Shown: piece by piece, positions 28,450 to 38,643 of the stretch
Layout: every line of letters begins with the position of its first letter
Position numbering within the stretch: position 1 is the first letter of the stretch
Source: Candidatus Tectimicrobiota bacterium
GTDB lineage: Bacteria > JACPUC01
Reading direction: 5' to 3'
Assembly (NCBI GenBank): GCA_016192455.1
Contig: JACPUC010000006.1
Location: forward strand, 62,001 to 126,000
Length of the DNA stretch: 64,000 nt
Program-made: the position numbers and the translations under genes
Notes under the pieces: generated by a model
Database searches by the model: none
Told to the model about the DNA's origin: nothing
What the model saw: only the letters and a program-made list of their open reading frames with translations

Positions 28450-28698
28450 AGGTTCTCTCCCGCGCTGGCTCATGAGCGTTGCGCACCACCAACACCCCTG
28501 TCGCGGCGACGACCTGGCGATGGGGGCCGCCTGGCAGACTCGCGGACGGGCCATGACGACCAGGGCGGGTCTTGCCGCTCCTTGGCCTCCGTTCGTCCTG
28601 GGTCTGCCGCCAGGCCGCGGGGCTCGCGGCGCGCTGGAGTGCCCTCGTGGGTTGCCGAGGCCGCCTCCCCCAACGGCCGACAGCCCGGCGGCCGAAGC

Positions 28699-29745
28699 CT
28701 AGCGATACGAGACCTCGCGCGGCATGGAGCGGAACATGCCGTCCATGACGGTCACGGCCTGCGGCGGCAGGAAGCCAAGCTCGATGTTCTTCTTGATCGC
28801 CAGCTTGGTGTTCTCAAGCATGGCGGCGTTCCAGAACTGCGGATAGAACAGAGCCATGCGGGCCGAGGCGGTCTTCACCTCCGCATCGGTCTTCAGACCG
28901 AGGATGCCGGTGTTCGCCCGCACCGCCTCATCGGGGTGCTGCCAGAGGTAGCGGATGCTGTCGGCGATCATGTTCTGCACGGCGCGGGTGAGGTCCGGGT
29001 TCTTCTCGATCCAGTCGGCGTATGCTCCGATGCCGACCGAAAAGAGGTAGTCCGCTCCGGTCTGGCGTTTCCACATGGCATCCACGTTCTCCAGCTCGCG
29101 GGCCCAGCCGGCGGCGAGGAGTTTGCTCACCAGGGGCTCAAAGAGGACGATGGCATCGAGCTCGCGCCGTTTCAGGAGACCGATGTACACCTGCGGCGCG
29201 CCGGTCACCACCTTGAAGTCCTTCTCGAAGTCATAGCCGGCGAGTTTGAGGTTGACGGCGAAGTCGGCGTACGTGCCGGTGTTGCGGTCCAGGATGCCGA
29301 GGCGCCGCCCCTTCAGGTCGGCGATGCTCTTCGCCGCGTCGTCAGTGTTCACCAGCACGCTGAAGTGGCTCGTCATCAGCGGCGTGATCAGGCGCAGGTC
29401 TCGGCCGCGAAGGTTGGCGCGGGCGGCGGCGATGACGGGCAGGTAGCCAAGCTCGATCTTGCGGAAGAGGAGGGCGTTGATGCCTTCACTGATGGCGAAG
29501 TACTTCACCTCGAGGTCGATGCCGTGTTTCACGTCGAACTTCTGGCCCTTGGCGATGCTGGTGATGTAGCCGAGGGTCCCCTGCTCCACCGACGCGAAGC
29601 TCAGCTTCTTCGGCTGCTGGGGTTGCTGGGCTGCCGCGAAGGTGACGGCCCCGGTCACGAGAGCCACCAAGATCACGAGCGCAACCCAGACCGCTCGCCC
29701 GCAACGTTCCCCCCACGAACCTCCCACCCGGTACCTGGTTCCCAT
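28699..29745 (-). CDS. SsuA/NMT1-THI5-type ABC substrate-binding protein (orphan)
   Basis: Signal peptide, K.G.DLEV, SIADLKGRRLG, ELDA...EP; RBS GGAGG. Confidence 0.88.
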   Translation of the reverse strand: MGTRYRVGGSWGERCGRAVWVALVILVALVTGAVTFAAAQQPQQPKKLSFASVEQGTLGYITSIAKGQKFDVKHGIDLEVKYFAISEGINALLFRKIELGYLPVIAAARANLRGRDLRLITPLMTSHFSVLVNTDDAAKSIADLKGRRLGILDRNTGTYADFAVNLKLAGYDFEKDFKVVTGAPQVYIGLLKRRELDAIVLFEPLVSKLLAAGWARELENVDAMWKRQTGADYLFSVGIGAYADWIEKNPDLTRAVQNMIADSIRYLWQHPDEAVRANTGILGLKTDAEVKTASARMALFYPQFWNAAMLENTKLAIKKNIELGFLPPQAVTVMDGMFRSMPREVSYR

Positions 29746-30013
29746 CGTCGGTTTTCCTCCCCCACGGGCTGCTTGATCAGAGGATTTTTGCAGTAGGGCA
29801 CTGCTGCTATTATACGGAAGCCCGGCGGGGGAACAAGCGTTGCCCGCCTCATCGGGCGGATCGCCGTGCCATCTCGCCGAGAGCCGAGGAGCCAGCCGTC
29901 GGGGGAGGCGGCAGGCCGTCGCGTCGCGGCCGCTCGCGGAGTTGGTGCCGGGCAGGTCATCTGCTACAATCACGCCTCGCCATGGTCACGCGCGGCAACT
30001 CACGAGGGGCGGC

Positions 30014-32242
30014 ATGACACAGCACCACGGGGCTCCGGAGCCGGTCGATCCCTTCACCTTCGAGATCGTCAAGCACCGCCTGCATGCGATCACGGAGGAG
30101 CAAGGGATTACGTTGAAAGCAGTGTCGGGCTCGCCCATCGTCACCGAAGCCTGCGACTTCAACACCGGCATCTACCTGCGTGACGGCTCCATCGTCTGCA
30201 TCGGCATGCAGGTGATCATGCAGGCGGGCTCGATGGCGCTGGTCATCCGCAACGTCATCAAGGACTGCACGGAGAATCCCGGCATCGAGGCGGGGGACAT
30301 GTTCATCCTCAACGACCCGGCGAAGGGGGCCCTGCATCCGCCGGATGTCTCCATCGTCGCGCCGGTCTTCGTGGAGGATCGCTGCATTGCCTGGGTCGGC
30401 ACCTGCGCGCACGTCCTCGACGTCGGCGGCATGGAGTTCGGGAGCTGGTGCCCCACGGCCACCGAGCGCGTCCAGGAAGCCATGCTCATCCCGCCCTTGA
30501 AGCTCGTCGAGCGCGGCCGGCTGCGCAACGACATCTGGCGCATGATCCTCGGCATGACCCGCCTGCCGCAGCTCGTCGGCCTCGATCTGAAGGCGATGAT
30601 CGCCGCCAACAACGTGGCGCGGCGCCGCCTCCTGGAAGCTGTGGCGCAGTTCGGCGAGGCGACCGTCCTCAAGGTCATGGAGGGGCTGATCGCCTACTCG
30701 GAGTCGCGGCTGCGCGCCAGGCTGCGCGAGCTTCCCGACGGCGTCTTCACGGCGGTGGACTACCAGGACCACGACGGCCATGCCAACCGTCTGTACCGCT
30801 GCCACCTCGAGCTGCGCAAGCACGACGACCGGCTCGCCTTCGATTTTTCCGGCAGCTCCCCGCAAAGCAGCGGCTTCATCAACGCCACCGAGTCCTGCCT
30901 TATCGGCGGCGTCTGCGCCGCGCTCTTCACCATGCTCGCCTTCGACATCCCATGGACCGAAGGGCTGCTGCGGCCGGTGGAGATCGTGGCGCCCGAGGGG
31001 ACGATCTGCAAGGCGCGGACCCCGGCGCCGGTGGGCATGGCGACCGTCGCCACCGGCTTCTCGGTGATGAACGCCAGCGTGGCCGCCGTGTCGCGGCTGC
31101 TCTCCTGTCACCCCCAGTACCGGCGCCATGCCCGGGCCGTGTCGCGCGGCGCCGCGCCGGTGCTCAACCTTGCGGGCGTCACGCCGGAGGGCGAGCGCTT
31201 CGGCACCCTCCTCCTCGACATCCTCGCCGGTGGCGGGGGGGCGATGCTCGGCAGGGACGGCCTGAACGCCGGAGCCAGCTACCCCATCCCGACGCCCAAC
31301 ATCGCCAACGTCGAGACCAACGAGAGCATCGCGCCGATCCTCTACCTTTACCGCAAGTTCATTCCCGACACCGGGGGAGCCGGCCTGTACCGGGGCGGCC
31401 TGGCGGCCGGCATGGCGCTCACCCCCCACAAGGTGCCGGAGGTCATGGCGAACCTGGTGACCCATGGGGTTGAGGTTCCCAATGCCCAGGGGCTGTTCGG
31501 CGGCCATCCAGGCTCCTGCGTGGTCAACACGCTGGTGGAGGGGAGCGATTTGAGCGAGTTTCTGGCGCGGCGGACCTGGCCGGCGGATGTGGCGGAGCTT
31601 GGAGGGCAGCACCGCAACCTCGGCGCCAAACCCGGCCGCTTCCGCCTGCGGAGCGGCGAGGTCTTCGCCTACACCTGGCAGGGGGGCGGCGGCATCGGCG
31701 ATCCGCTCCTGCGGCCGGCGCAGGCCGTGGCCCGCGACGTGCGCCTCGGCTATGTCGGCCGCGCCGCGGCGCGCGACCTCTACGGCGTGGTGCTGAGCCC
31801 TGAGCATGGCGCGGCCTTGGAGGAGGAGACGAAGCTGCTGCGGCAGGCCCTGAGCCGGGAGCGGGGGGCGGTGGGGAGAGCGCCGACGAGCGGCGGGGGA
31901 TTGGCCGAAGGGAAGGGAAGGGGGGACCCGGAGAGCGCGTGCGGCCTCCTGCTCTTGCTGCGGCACGACGGGAACTCCTACCTCGCCTGTCCATGCGCCC
32001 ACCGGTTCTGTCCGCCGCAGGAGAACTGGAAGCGCCTGGCCGTGCGGCTGCGGCTGGCCCCCAACGCGCTCGGGCCGCTCATCACGCTGCACGCTGGGCT
32101 GCAGGCCTACGGATTCGCCTGCCCAGCGTGCGGGCGCCTGCTTGCGATCGACCTGCTGGAGCACGATGAGGCGTGGCTGCACGAGGCGAGCCTCACCGGC
32201 GCCGTTGCCCTGGCGCCCGCCGGCATGGCGCTCCGCCCGTGA
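30014..32242 (+). CDS. Hydantoinase B/oxoprolinase-family protein with C-terminal Cys4 domain (acetone-carboxylase-gamma-like)
   Basis: DPFTFEI, SGSPIV.E..D, GDMFILNDP, HPPD, H.LDVGG, NVE..E, DTGGAG.YRGG, GGGG.GDPL; tail CPCAHRFC...NWK...CPACG. Confidence 0.9.
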   Translation: MTQHHGAPEPVDPFTFEIVKHRLHAITEEQGITLKAVSGSPIVTEACDFNTGIYLRDGSIVCIGMQVIMQAGSMALVIRNVIKDCTENPGIEAGDMFILNDPAKGALHPPDVSIVAPVFVEDRCIAWVGTCAHVLDVGGMEFGSWCPTATERVQEAMLIPPLKLVERGRLRNDIWRMILGMTRLPQLVGLDLKAMIAANNVARRRLLEAVAQFGEATVLKVMEGLIAYSESRLRARLRELPDGVFTAVDYQDHDGHANRLYRCHLELRKHDDRLAFDFSGSSPQSSGFINATESCLIGGVCAALFTMLAFDIPWTEGLLRPVEIVAPEGTICKARTPAPVGMATVATGFSVMNASVAAVSRLLSCHPQYRRHARAVSRGAAPVLNLAGVTPEGERFGTLLLDILAGGGGAMLGRDGLNAGASYPIPTPNIANVETNESIAPILYLYRKFIPDTGGAGLYRGGLAAGMALTPHKVPEVMANLVTHGVEVPNAQGLFGGHPGSCVVNTLVEGSDLSEFLARRTWPADVAELGGQHRNLGAKPGRFRLRSGEVFAYTWQGGGGIGDPLLRPAQAVARDVRLGYVGRAAARDLYGVVLSPEHGAALEEETKLLRQALSRERGAVGRAPTSGGGLAEGKGRGDPESACGLLLLLRHDGNSYLACPCAHRFCPPQENWKRLAVRLRLAPNALGPLITLHAGLQAYGFACPACGRLLAIDLLEHDEAWLHEASLTGAVALAPAGMALRP

Positions 32243-32349
32243 GACCGCGGAGCTCTCCGGGGCGGGATTTGAGGGCGAGCCCGTTGGTCCCGCCGAGTGC
32301 TGAAGCGCCAGCCCCGTCTGCCGCGCGCCCGCTTGAGGGGTGAACCTCC

Positions 32350-34464
32350 ATGCACGTCGTAGGGGTCGATATCGGCGGCACGTTTACCGACGTGGCGGTC
32401 ATCACCGACGCCGGCGAGGCCCACAGTTTCAAGGTTCCCTCCACGCCCGATGATCTCATCGCCGGGGTCTTTCACGGTCTTGATGAGGCGGCCGCGGCGT
32501 TCCGCATGACCCTGAAGGAGTTTCTCGGCTGCACGCGCCTCTTCAATCACGGCACCACCATCGCGACGAACGCCTTCATCGAGCGCAAGGGCGCGAAGAC
32601 GGGTCTCATCACCACCAGAGGCTTCGGCGACACCCTCCTCATCCAACGCATGCTCGGCATGACCGCCGGCCTCACCGAGAACCAGCTCCCGGACTACACC
32701 CAGCGCTCCTACCCGGAGCCGATCGTGCCGCGCCACCTCATCAAGGAGGTCTCCGAGCGCGTTGACCGCTACGGCGAGGTGGTGCTGGCCCTGAACGAGG
32801 AGGAGACGCGGCGGGCCCTGCGCGAGCTGCGTGCCGAGGGGATCGAAGCGCTGGCGGTCTGCTTTCTCTGGTCCTTCCAGAACCCTAGCCATGAGCGCAT
32901 CGTGAAGCGGCTGGCGGCCGAGGAGGCGCCGCGCCTGCCGTGCACCATCTCCAGCGATCTCATCCCGGTCATCCGCGAGTATGAGCGCACCGCCACGACG
33001 GTGCTCAACAGCTACCTCCAGGCAACGGTGGAAGCCTACGCCGGGCGTCTCGAAGCGCGCCTGCGCGAGCTCGGCATGGGCGCGCCGTTCCTGATCATGA
33101 ACTCCCTCGGTGGCGTCTTCACCGCCCAGGAGGCCCCCAAGCAGGTGGTGTCGCTCCTCCTCTCCGGTCCCACCGGCGGCGTCATCGGCTCGCTCGGCGT
33201 CGGTGGGCTCCTGGGGCATCGCAACATCATCACCGCCGACATGGGAGGAACAAGCTTCGACGCCAGCCTCATCTTCAACGGGCAGCCGCGCCGGGCCACC
33301 ATTTCCGAAGTGGGGCGCTACCACATCCTGATGCCGATGATCCAGATCGAGACCATCGGCGCCGGCGGCGGCAGCATCGCGGCGGTGAACGAGGGGCGCC
33401 TCACCGTCGGTCCGGAAAGCGCCGGAGCGCGGCCCGGTCCCGCCTGCTATGGCCGCGGCGGGGTGCTGCCAACGGTCACCGATGCCGACCTCGTCCTGAA
33501 CGTCATCGATCCCGCGCGCTTCCTCGGCGGCAAGCTGCGGGTGCGGCGCGAGCCGGCGCTGGCGGCGATTCGCACCTACGTCGGGGAGCCGCTGGGCATC
33601 GGCGTGATCGAGGCCGCCGCCGGCATCCGGCGCGTCGTCGATCAACGCATGGCCGACCTGCTGCGGCAGATCACGGTGGAGAAGGGGCACGACCCGGGCG
33701 AGTTCGTGCTCTACGCCTATGGGGGAGCGGGGCCCGTGCACTGCGCCGCATTCGGCGGCCAGTTGCGGGTGGGGCGCATCGTGGTGCCGGCATTCTCCAC
33801 CGTGCACTCGGCGTACGGTTCCGCCACCGCCGACATTCACGTCTCCCACGCCGTCACCGACCTGCTGCGCACCCCTGCCTTCGCCCAGGATGCCGCCCGG
33901 CACCTCGATGCGGGCCGCATCGGCGACCTCTTCGCAGGCCTCGAGGCGCGCTGCGGCGAGCAGCTTGCGCGCAATGGCGTCGCAGGCGAGATGAGGAGCC
34001 TGCAGCGATTCATGGAGATGCGCTACCGCCGGCAGACGCACGAGCTGTCGGTTCCCGTGCGCTCCGGCGCCCTCGACCAAGGCGCGCTCGCGGCGGCGCT
34101 GGCGGACTTCGAGCGCCTCTACGAGGAACGCTACGGCCCGGAGTCGGGCTTTCGGGAGGCAGGCATCGAGATCACCCGCTTCCGGGTGGACGGAGTGGGG
34201 CGGGTGACGAAGCCGACGCAGCAGCCGGAGCCTCTTCAGGCGCGAGAGCGTGCCGCCGTCCAGGCGGGATGGCGCGAGGTCTATTTCCCCGAATCGGCCG
34301 AGCCGATCAAGACCGCCATCTACGACGGCGACGCGCTGCGTCCCGGCGACCAGCTTGATGGGCCGGCCATCCTCGAGTACATGGGAACGACGATTGTCGT
34401 CCCTGCCGGGCAGCACGCGAGTATGGATGGGTATCGGAATATCCATATCTTGCTGCGCAAGTAA
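32350..34464 (+). CDS. Hydantoinase A/oxoprolinase-family ATP-binding subunit
   Basis: GVDIGGTFTD, KVPSTP, HGTT.ATN, EYER, SGPTGG, DMGGTS.D, GAGGGS, GP.SAGA.PGPACY. Confidence 0.95.
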   Translation: MHVVGVDIGGTFTDVAVITDAGEAHSFKVPSTPDDLIAGVFHGLDEAAAAFRMTLKEFLGCTRLFNHGTTIATNAFIERKGAKTGLITTRGFGDTLLIQRMLGMTAGLTENQLPDYTQRSYPEPIVPRHLIKEVSERVDRYGEVVLALNEEETRRALRELRAEGIEALAVCFLWSFQNPSHERIVKRLAAEEAPRLPCTISSDLIPVIREYERTATTVLNSYLQATVEAYAGRLEARLRELGMGAPFLIMNSLGGVFTAQEAPKQVVSLLLSGPTGGVIGSLGVGGLLGHRNIITADMGGTSFDASLIFNGQPRRATISEVGRYHILMPMIQIETIGAGGGSIAAVNEGRLTVGPESAGARPGPACYGRGGVLPTVTDADLVLNVIDPARFLGGKLRVRREPALAAIRTYVGEPLGIGVIEAAAGIRRVVDQRMADLLRQITVEKGHDPGEFVLYAYGGAGPVHCAAFGGQLRVGRIVVPAFSTVHSAYGSATADIHVSHAVTDLLRTPAFAQDAARHLDAGRIGDLFAGLEARCGEQLARNGVAGEMRSLQRFMEMRYRRQTHELSVPVRSGALDQGALAAALADFERLYEERYGPESGFREAGIEITRFRVDGVGRVTKPTQQPEPLQARERAAVQAGWREVYFPESAEPIKTAIYDGDALRPGDQLDGPAILEYMGTTIVVPAGQHASMDGYRNIHILLRK

Positions 34465-34934
34465 CTCCACGCAAGCTCGTCTCCGTCCTGGACCGCCCCT
34501 TCACCTTCACCCGCCCAAGAGCCGCTCTCGGTGTCTCCCCGACATCCTTCCCGAAGCACTCTGCCGATGCGTCACGTTGCCCGCGACGGGAAGCGCGGAG
34601 CTGTGTGCGGGCAAGCGGAGCAGGGCGCTTCGTGGGAGCCTTGCGCCGCCGCCCGCGGCTGCGCGCTCGGAGGCTGACCGGCAGCCCCGCGCAGCGCCAA
34701 CCTTGAGCAGAGGAGGGTGGGGTGAGCTTGCCTGGGAATCGGGCGCGGAAAGGCGGCTCAAGACGGCATCCTGGACGATGCTCCGAGCCGGGCGCCACAA
34801 CCTCGCTCCGCAACGAAGCTCCCGGAGGCGGCCCGAAACCTGGACACAAGTCCTTGGCTATGCTACGGTTGCAGCCATCTCAGGGGAGCGGTTCAGGCGT
34901 CCGTCCCAGGCGGCTGCGGCAGGCCCTTCCTGAA

Positions 34935-35128
34935 GCAGTTCCCCATGGGGGGCCTTCGGCCCGCCCGCGGAGGGATGAACATGGGGGTTACAGGGAGCGT
35001 CCGTTTCTCCTGTCGAAGGGTGCGGTACCCTGGGTGTAGGGGCGCCGCTTGCTGCGCCCCGCCCTGTCGACTCAGAGGGGGCGGCTCAGAGGGGGCGACT
35101 CGGAGGGCGGGGCAAGCCCCGCCCCTAC
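34935..35128. repeat. Composite repeat: ~45-nt element plus GTAG REP doublet with internal 14-mer tandem
   Basis: GCAGTTCCCCATGGG...CGGCCCGCCCGC..ATGAA (second copy at 47008); GTAGGGGCG...CGCCCCTAC at 35036-35128 enclosing CTCAGAGGGGGCG repeats. Confidence 0.75.
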
Positions 35129-35475
35129 GGCTCTGAACATCCCGTCCGCTATGACACGCACGCTGGCAAACCTGCACTGTCGTGACATCAACCACGTAGG
35201 GGTTCTTTTTTCCAAGCGGGGATGGAGCGTGTCCCCGCCCGCCGGCGTTACCGGCACGCCGCGGCTGGGGTGAGATCGCCGACCTCTCGCCGTAGGAGAG
35301 CACTCGTCGGAGCTCGCTCCAGGTTGAGCCTTGGTCGATCAGCTCCAGGCGACCCGGGCTCCCCCCATAGTGGAGAGAATCGGATCAGACGACGCCGACA
35401 CGGCTCTCTTCCCCCCTTCACCTCCGTATGCCATGAGTGCATTGCCGACCTGCCCACTTCGAGAGGAGCCACACC

Positions 35476-36480
35476 ATGAAGCGAGCCTTGCTCTACGGCC
35501 CCAGGGACCTGCGCGTCGCCGAGGGCGACATCCCCACGCCGAAGCCGAACGAAGTGCTCATCAAGGTTATCACGAGCAGCATCTGCGCCACCGATGCGCA
35601 CATCTACGAAGGAACCTTCAAATTTCCCTATCCTTCCATCCAAGGACATGATTTTACAGGGGTTATCGAGGCTGTGGGGGCGGAGGTGCGCTCCCTGGCG
35701 GTGGGCGACCGCGTGACCATGGACCCCATCAGCTTCTGCCTGCATTGCCGCTACTGCCGGGCGGGCCGCTACAACATCTGCGAGACCAGCACCTACATGG
35801 GGATGGAGGTGGAGGGTTGCTTCCAGGATTACCTGACCCTGCCGCAGCATCGCGTTTTTCGTCTTCCGGAGCAGGTTGATGAGGAAGAGGCCGCCGTCAT
35901 GGAGCCGCTGCACGTAGCGCTCAACACCATGCGCAAGCTCGGCTACAAGGTGGGGGAGACCGTCGTGGTGCTCGGGCAGGGACCGATGGGCCTCTGCCAG
36001 GGGCAGGTGGCCAAGATGGTGGGATGCCGGGTCATCGTCGTTGACGTGCTGCCGAAGCGCCTGAAGCTGGCGGAGAGCTACGGGGTGGATTTCGCCCTGA
36101 ACGCCGCCGAACTCGAGGTGAACAAGGAGATCGCCACCATCTGCGGCGGTGACGGGCCGCATTGCGTCATCGATACCGCGGGAACCGAGAAGACCAACCG
36201 GCAGACCGTGCGCATCGCCGCCAACGGCGGCAAGATCGCCATCATCGCGGGCCACTTCGCCGTGCCGGTGCCGTTCATGATCGGCAAGGAGCTGCAGGTG
36301 TTCGGCATCCGCGGAGGCGGACCGGAAAACGTTGAGCTGGCAATCCGCCTGCTGCAAGAGAAGCGCATTGATCTGCGCTCCACCATCACCACGCACTTCG
36401 ACTTCAAGGATATCGGCGAAGCGTTCCGGCAGTTCTACGAGAACAAGGAGAACGTGGTCAAGATCATGCTGCGGAATTAG
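35476..36480 (+). CDS. Zinc-dependent medium-chain alcohol dehydrogenase
   Basis: ICATD, GHDF (GHE variant), CLHCRYC...C, EPL, GQGPMG; RBS GAGGAG. Confidence 0.92.
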   Translation: MKRALLYGPRDLRVAEGDIPTPKPNEVLIKVITSSICATDAHIYEGTFKFPYPSIQGHDFTGVIEAVGAEVRSLAVGDRVTMDPISFCLHCRYCRAGRYNICETSTYMGMEVEGCFQDYLTLPQHRVFRLPEQVDEEEAAVMEPLHVALNTMRKLGYKVGETVVVLGQGPMGLCQGQVAKMVGCRVIVVDVLPKRLKLAESYGVDFALNAAELEVNKEIATICGGDGPHCVIDTAGTEKTNRQTVRIAANGGKIAIIAGHFAVPVPFMIGKELQVFGIRGGGPENVELAIRLLQEKRIDLRSTITTHFDFKDIGEAFRQFYENKENVVKIMLRN

Positions 36481-36877
36481 CCGGACGGCGCCGCGGCACG
36501 CCCGCCGCTGCGAAGCTCCGGGGAGCGAATTGCCTTGAACCCCGTCGAATGCCGCCGGCCTCTTCCCCTCGGCGACCTTCTGGGGCAACGGCTTGCCCTT
36601 TCTCTTGCCGGTGGTGCGAGAGTTCGCGGTCGCGACCGTCTCTCCTGCTCGTTCTCCATGGCGCTGACGCGTGCCGCGGCGAGAGGCTCGTCCCTGCGGT
36701 GCGTGCCGATCATCCCGCGCCCTTCTGATGACTTGACGTCAAGGAGGATTCCAGAGGTGAACGGCGGAACGTGAGCGCCGCCATGCCGGGAGGGGCCGTT
36801 TCCTTGACACTGCTGGAGCCCTGTACTAGAAGGTGCACTGAGGTCGAGGATGGCCACTCATGCGAAGGAGTCTCAGG

Positions 36878-37792
36878 ATGGAGCGCGCAAACGTGACGCG
36901 CAGCGTCGAGGACGCCGCGGCTCTCATCAAGGATGGAATGACCGTGGCCACCGGGGGCCTGCTGTTCGCCAACCATCCGATGCCCATCATTCGGCAGATG
37001 ATTCGCAACGGCGTGCGCAACCTCACCCTGGTGGGACCTGCCTCCAGCGGGCTTGATGTTGACCTGCTCATCGGCGCCGGCTGTGTCACGACGCTCATCT
37101 CCCCCTACGTCTCCGGGGAGTCTCTGATCGGTTATGGGCCGTGCTATCGGCAGGCGGTCGAGCGCGGCGAGATGAAGGTGTGGGAGGTCACCGAAGGGCT
37201 CGAATACATGGGCCTGCGCGCGGCGGCGCTGGGCCTGCCGTTCCTGCCCTATCGCGGCGGCGTCGGCAGCGACATCCCGAAGCTCAATCCCGAGATCAAG
37301 GAGTTCCGCGACCCGATCAAGGGCGAGCTGCTCTGCGCCGTGCCGGCGATCAAGCCCGATGTGGCGCTCATCCACGTGCAGCGCTCCGACTGTTACGGCA
37401 ACGGGCAACACCTCGGCTCCACCTACGGCGACCGCCTCATGGCGCATGCCGCCGACTGCGTCATCCTGACCTGCGACAAGCTGGTCTCCAACGAGGTGAT
37501 CCGCCGCACCCCGTTGCTCACCACCATCGCCTACGCCACGGTGGTCGTGGAGACGGCGTTCGGCAGCCATCCGTACGCCAGCCATGGCCTCTACGGCGAG
37601 GACACCGAGGTGCTACGAGAGTACGTGGAGGCGGCGGAGAGCCGCCGCACGGGCAATCCCGACAAGTTCGCTCGCTTCCTGGACAAGTATATCCATGGAC
37701 CCGCCGACCACTTCGCGTACCTGGATCTGGTTGGCGCCGCCAGACTGGTGCGCCTGGCCGCCAGCTACGACGACCTGGTGCAGGGAGGCTGA
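36878..37792 (+). CDS. CoA-transferase-family alpha subunit (GctA/IpdA-like)
   Basis: IKDGMTVATGG, DVDLLIGAG, GLRAAALGLPFLP, DVALIHVQ..D.YGN; RBS AAGGAG. Confidence 0.88.
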   Translation: MERANVTRSVEDAAALIKDGMTVATGGLLFANHPMPIIRQMIRNGVRNLTLVGPASSGLDVDLLIGAGCVTTLISPYVSGESLIGYGPCYRQAVERGEMKVWEVTEGLEYMGLRAAALGLPFLPYRGGVGSDIPKLNPEIKEFRDPIKGELLCAVPAIKPDVALIHVQRSDCYGNGQHLGSTYGDRLMAHAADCVILTCDKLVSNEVIRRTPLLTTIAYATVVVETAFGSHPYASHGLYGEDTEVLREYVEAAESRRTGNPDKFARFLDKYIHGPADHFAYLDLVGAARLVRLAASYDDLVQGG

Positions 37793-37794
37793 GG

Positions 37795-38583
37795 ATGGGG
37801 TTGGATGCCGCTCCCTACGAGATGATGGCAATCGCGATTGCTCGCGACCTGCAGAACGGCAAGCGCGTGATCGTTGGGGCCGACACGCAGATTCCCCACG
37901 CCGCCGTGATGCTGGCGCAGAACCTGCACGCGCCCGACTTGAAGGTCATCTACGGCGCCAACTGCTTTTGGGGCAACACGCGCGGGCGCAACCCGGACCT
38001 CTACGTCTCCTCGGGGGCGTACCAGATGATCCGCTCGGCTGAGTCGCGCTTCGACCATCCGGAGATCTTCCACCGCTTGTGGGCCATCGACCACTTCTTC
38101 GCCGGCGGCATCGAGGTGGACAAGTTCGGCAACGTCAACATCCTCGGCATTCCGGACGGGGCCGGCGGTTGGAAGTTCCGGGCGGCGGGCCCGGTGGGAC
38201 TGCCGGACATCGCGGTGAACGTGCGCGAGCCGTACATCTTCTCGAAGCGGCACGATCGGCGCGTCCTCGTGGATCGCGTGGCCCTGAACAGTTGCCCGGG
38301 GTTTCTTGACGGCCCCGGCGGGCGCGAACGGCTCGGCCTCTGGGGCAAGGGCCCGCGCTGGATCATCACGCCGAAGTGCATCTTCGATTTCCACCCGGAA
38401 TCGAAGCGCGCCCGGCTGCACCGCTTGCTGCCGGGGGTGACGGTGCAGGAGGTGATCGAGGCAACCGGCTTCGAGATCGAGCTCCCGGAGCGCGTCGAGG
38501 TGCTCCCCGGCCCCGCGGAAGAGGAGCTTCAGTTACTCAGGAGTATTGATAAAGACGGCAACCTGCGGGTGAGGCCGAAGTGA
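37795..38583 (+). CDS. CoA-transferase-family beta subunit (GctB/IpdB-like)
   Basis: EMMAIAIAR, LAQNLHAP, GG.EVDKFGNVN, PGF, ITPKCIFDF, PGVT..EV.EATGF. Confidence 0.88.
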   Translation: MGLDAAPYEMMAIAIARDLQNGKRVIVGADTQIPHAAVMLAQNLHAPDLKVIYGANCFWGNTRGRNPDLYVSSGAYQMIRSAESRFDHPEIFHRLWAIDHFFAGGIEVDKFGNVNILGIPDGAGGWKFRAAGPVGLPDIAVNVREPYIFSKRHDRRVLVDRVALNSCPGFLDGPGGRERLGLWGKGPRWIITPKCIFDFHPESKRARLHRLLPGVTVQEVIEATGFEIELPERVEVLPGPAEEELQLLRSIDKDGNLRVRPK

Positions 38584-38643
38584 GGGCATGCGCCCGCGGC
38601 AGGATGTCCCAACGTCCACGAACGGCATCAGGGGGGTGGCGCG

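Noticed and set aside
35036-35128. CRISPR array
   Set aside because: Short tandem and palindromic repeats without unique spacers; no cas genes in the window.
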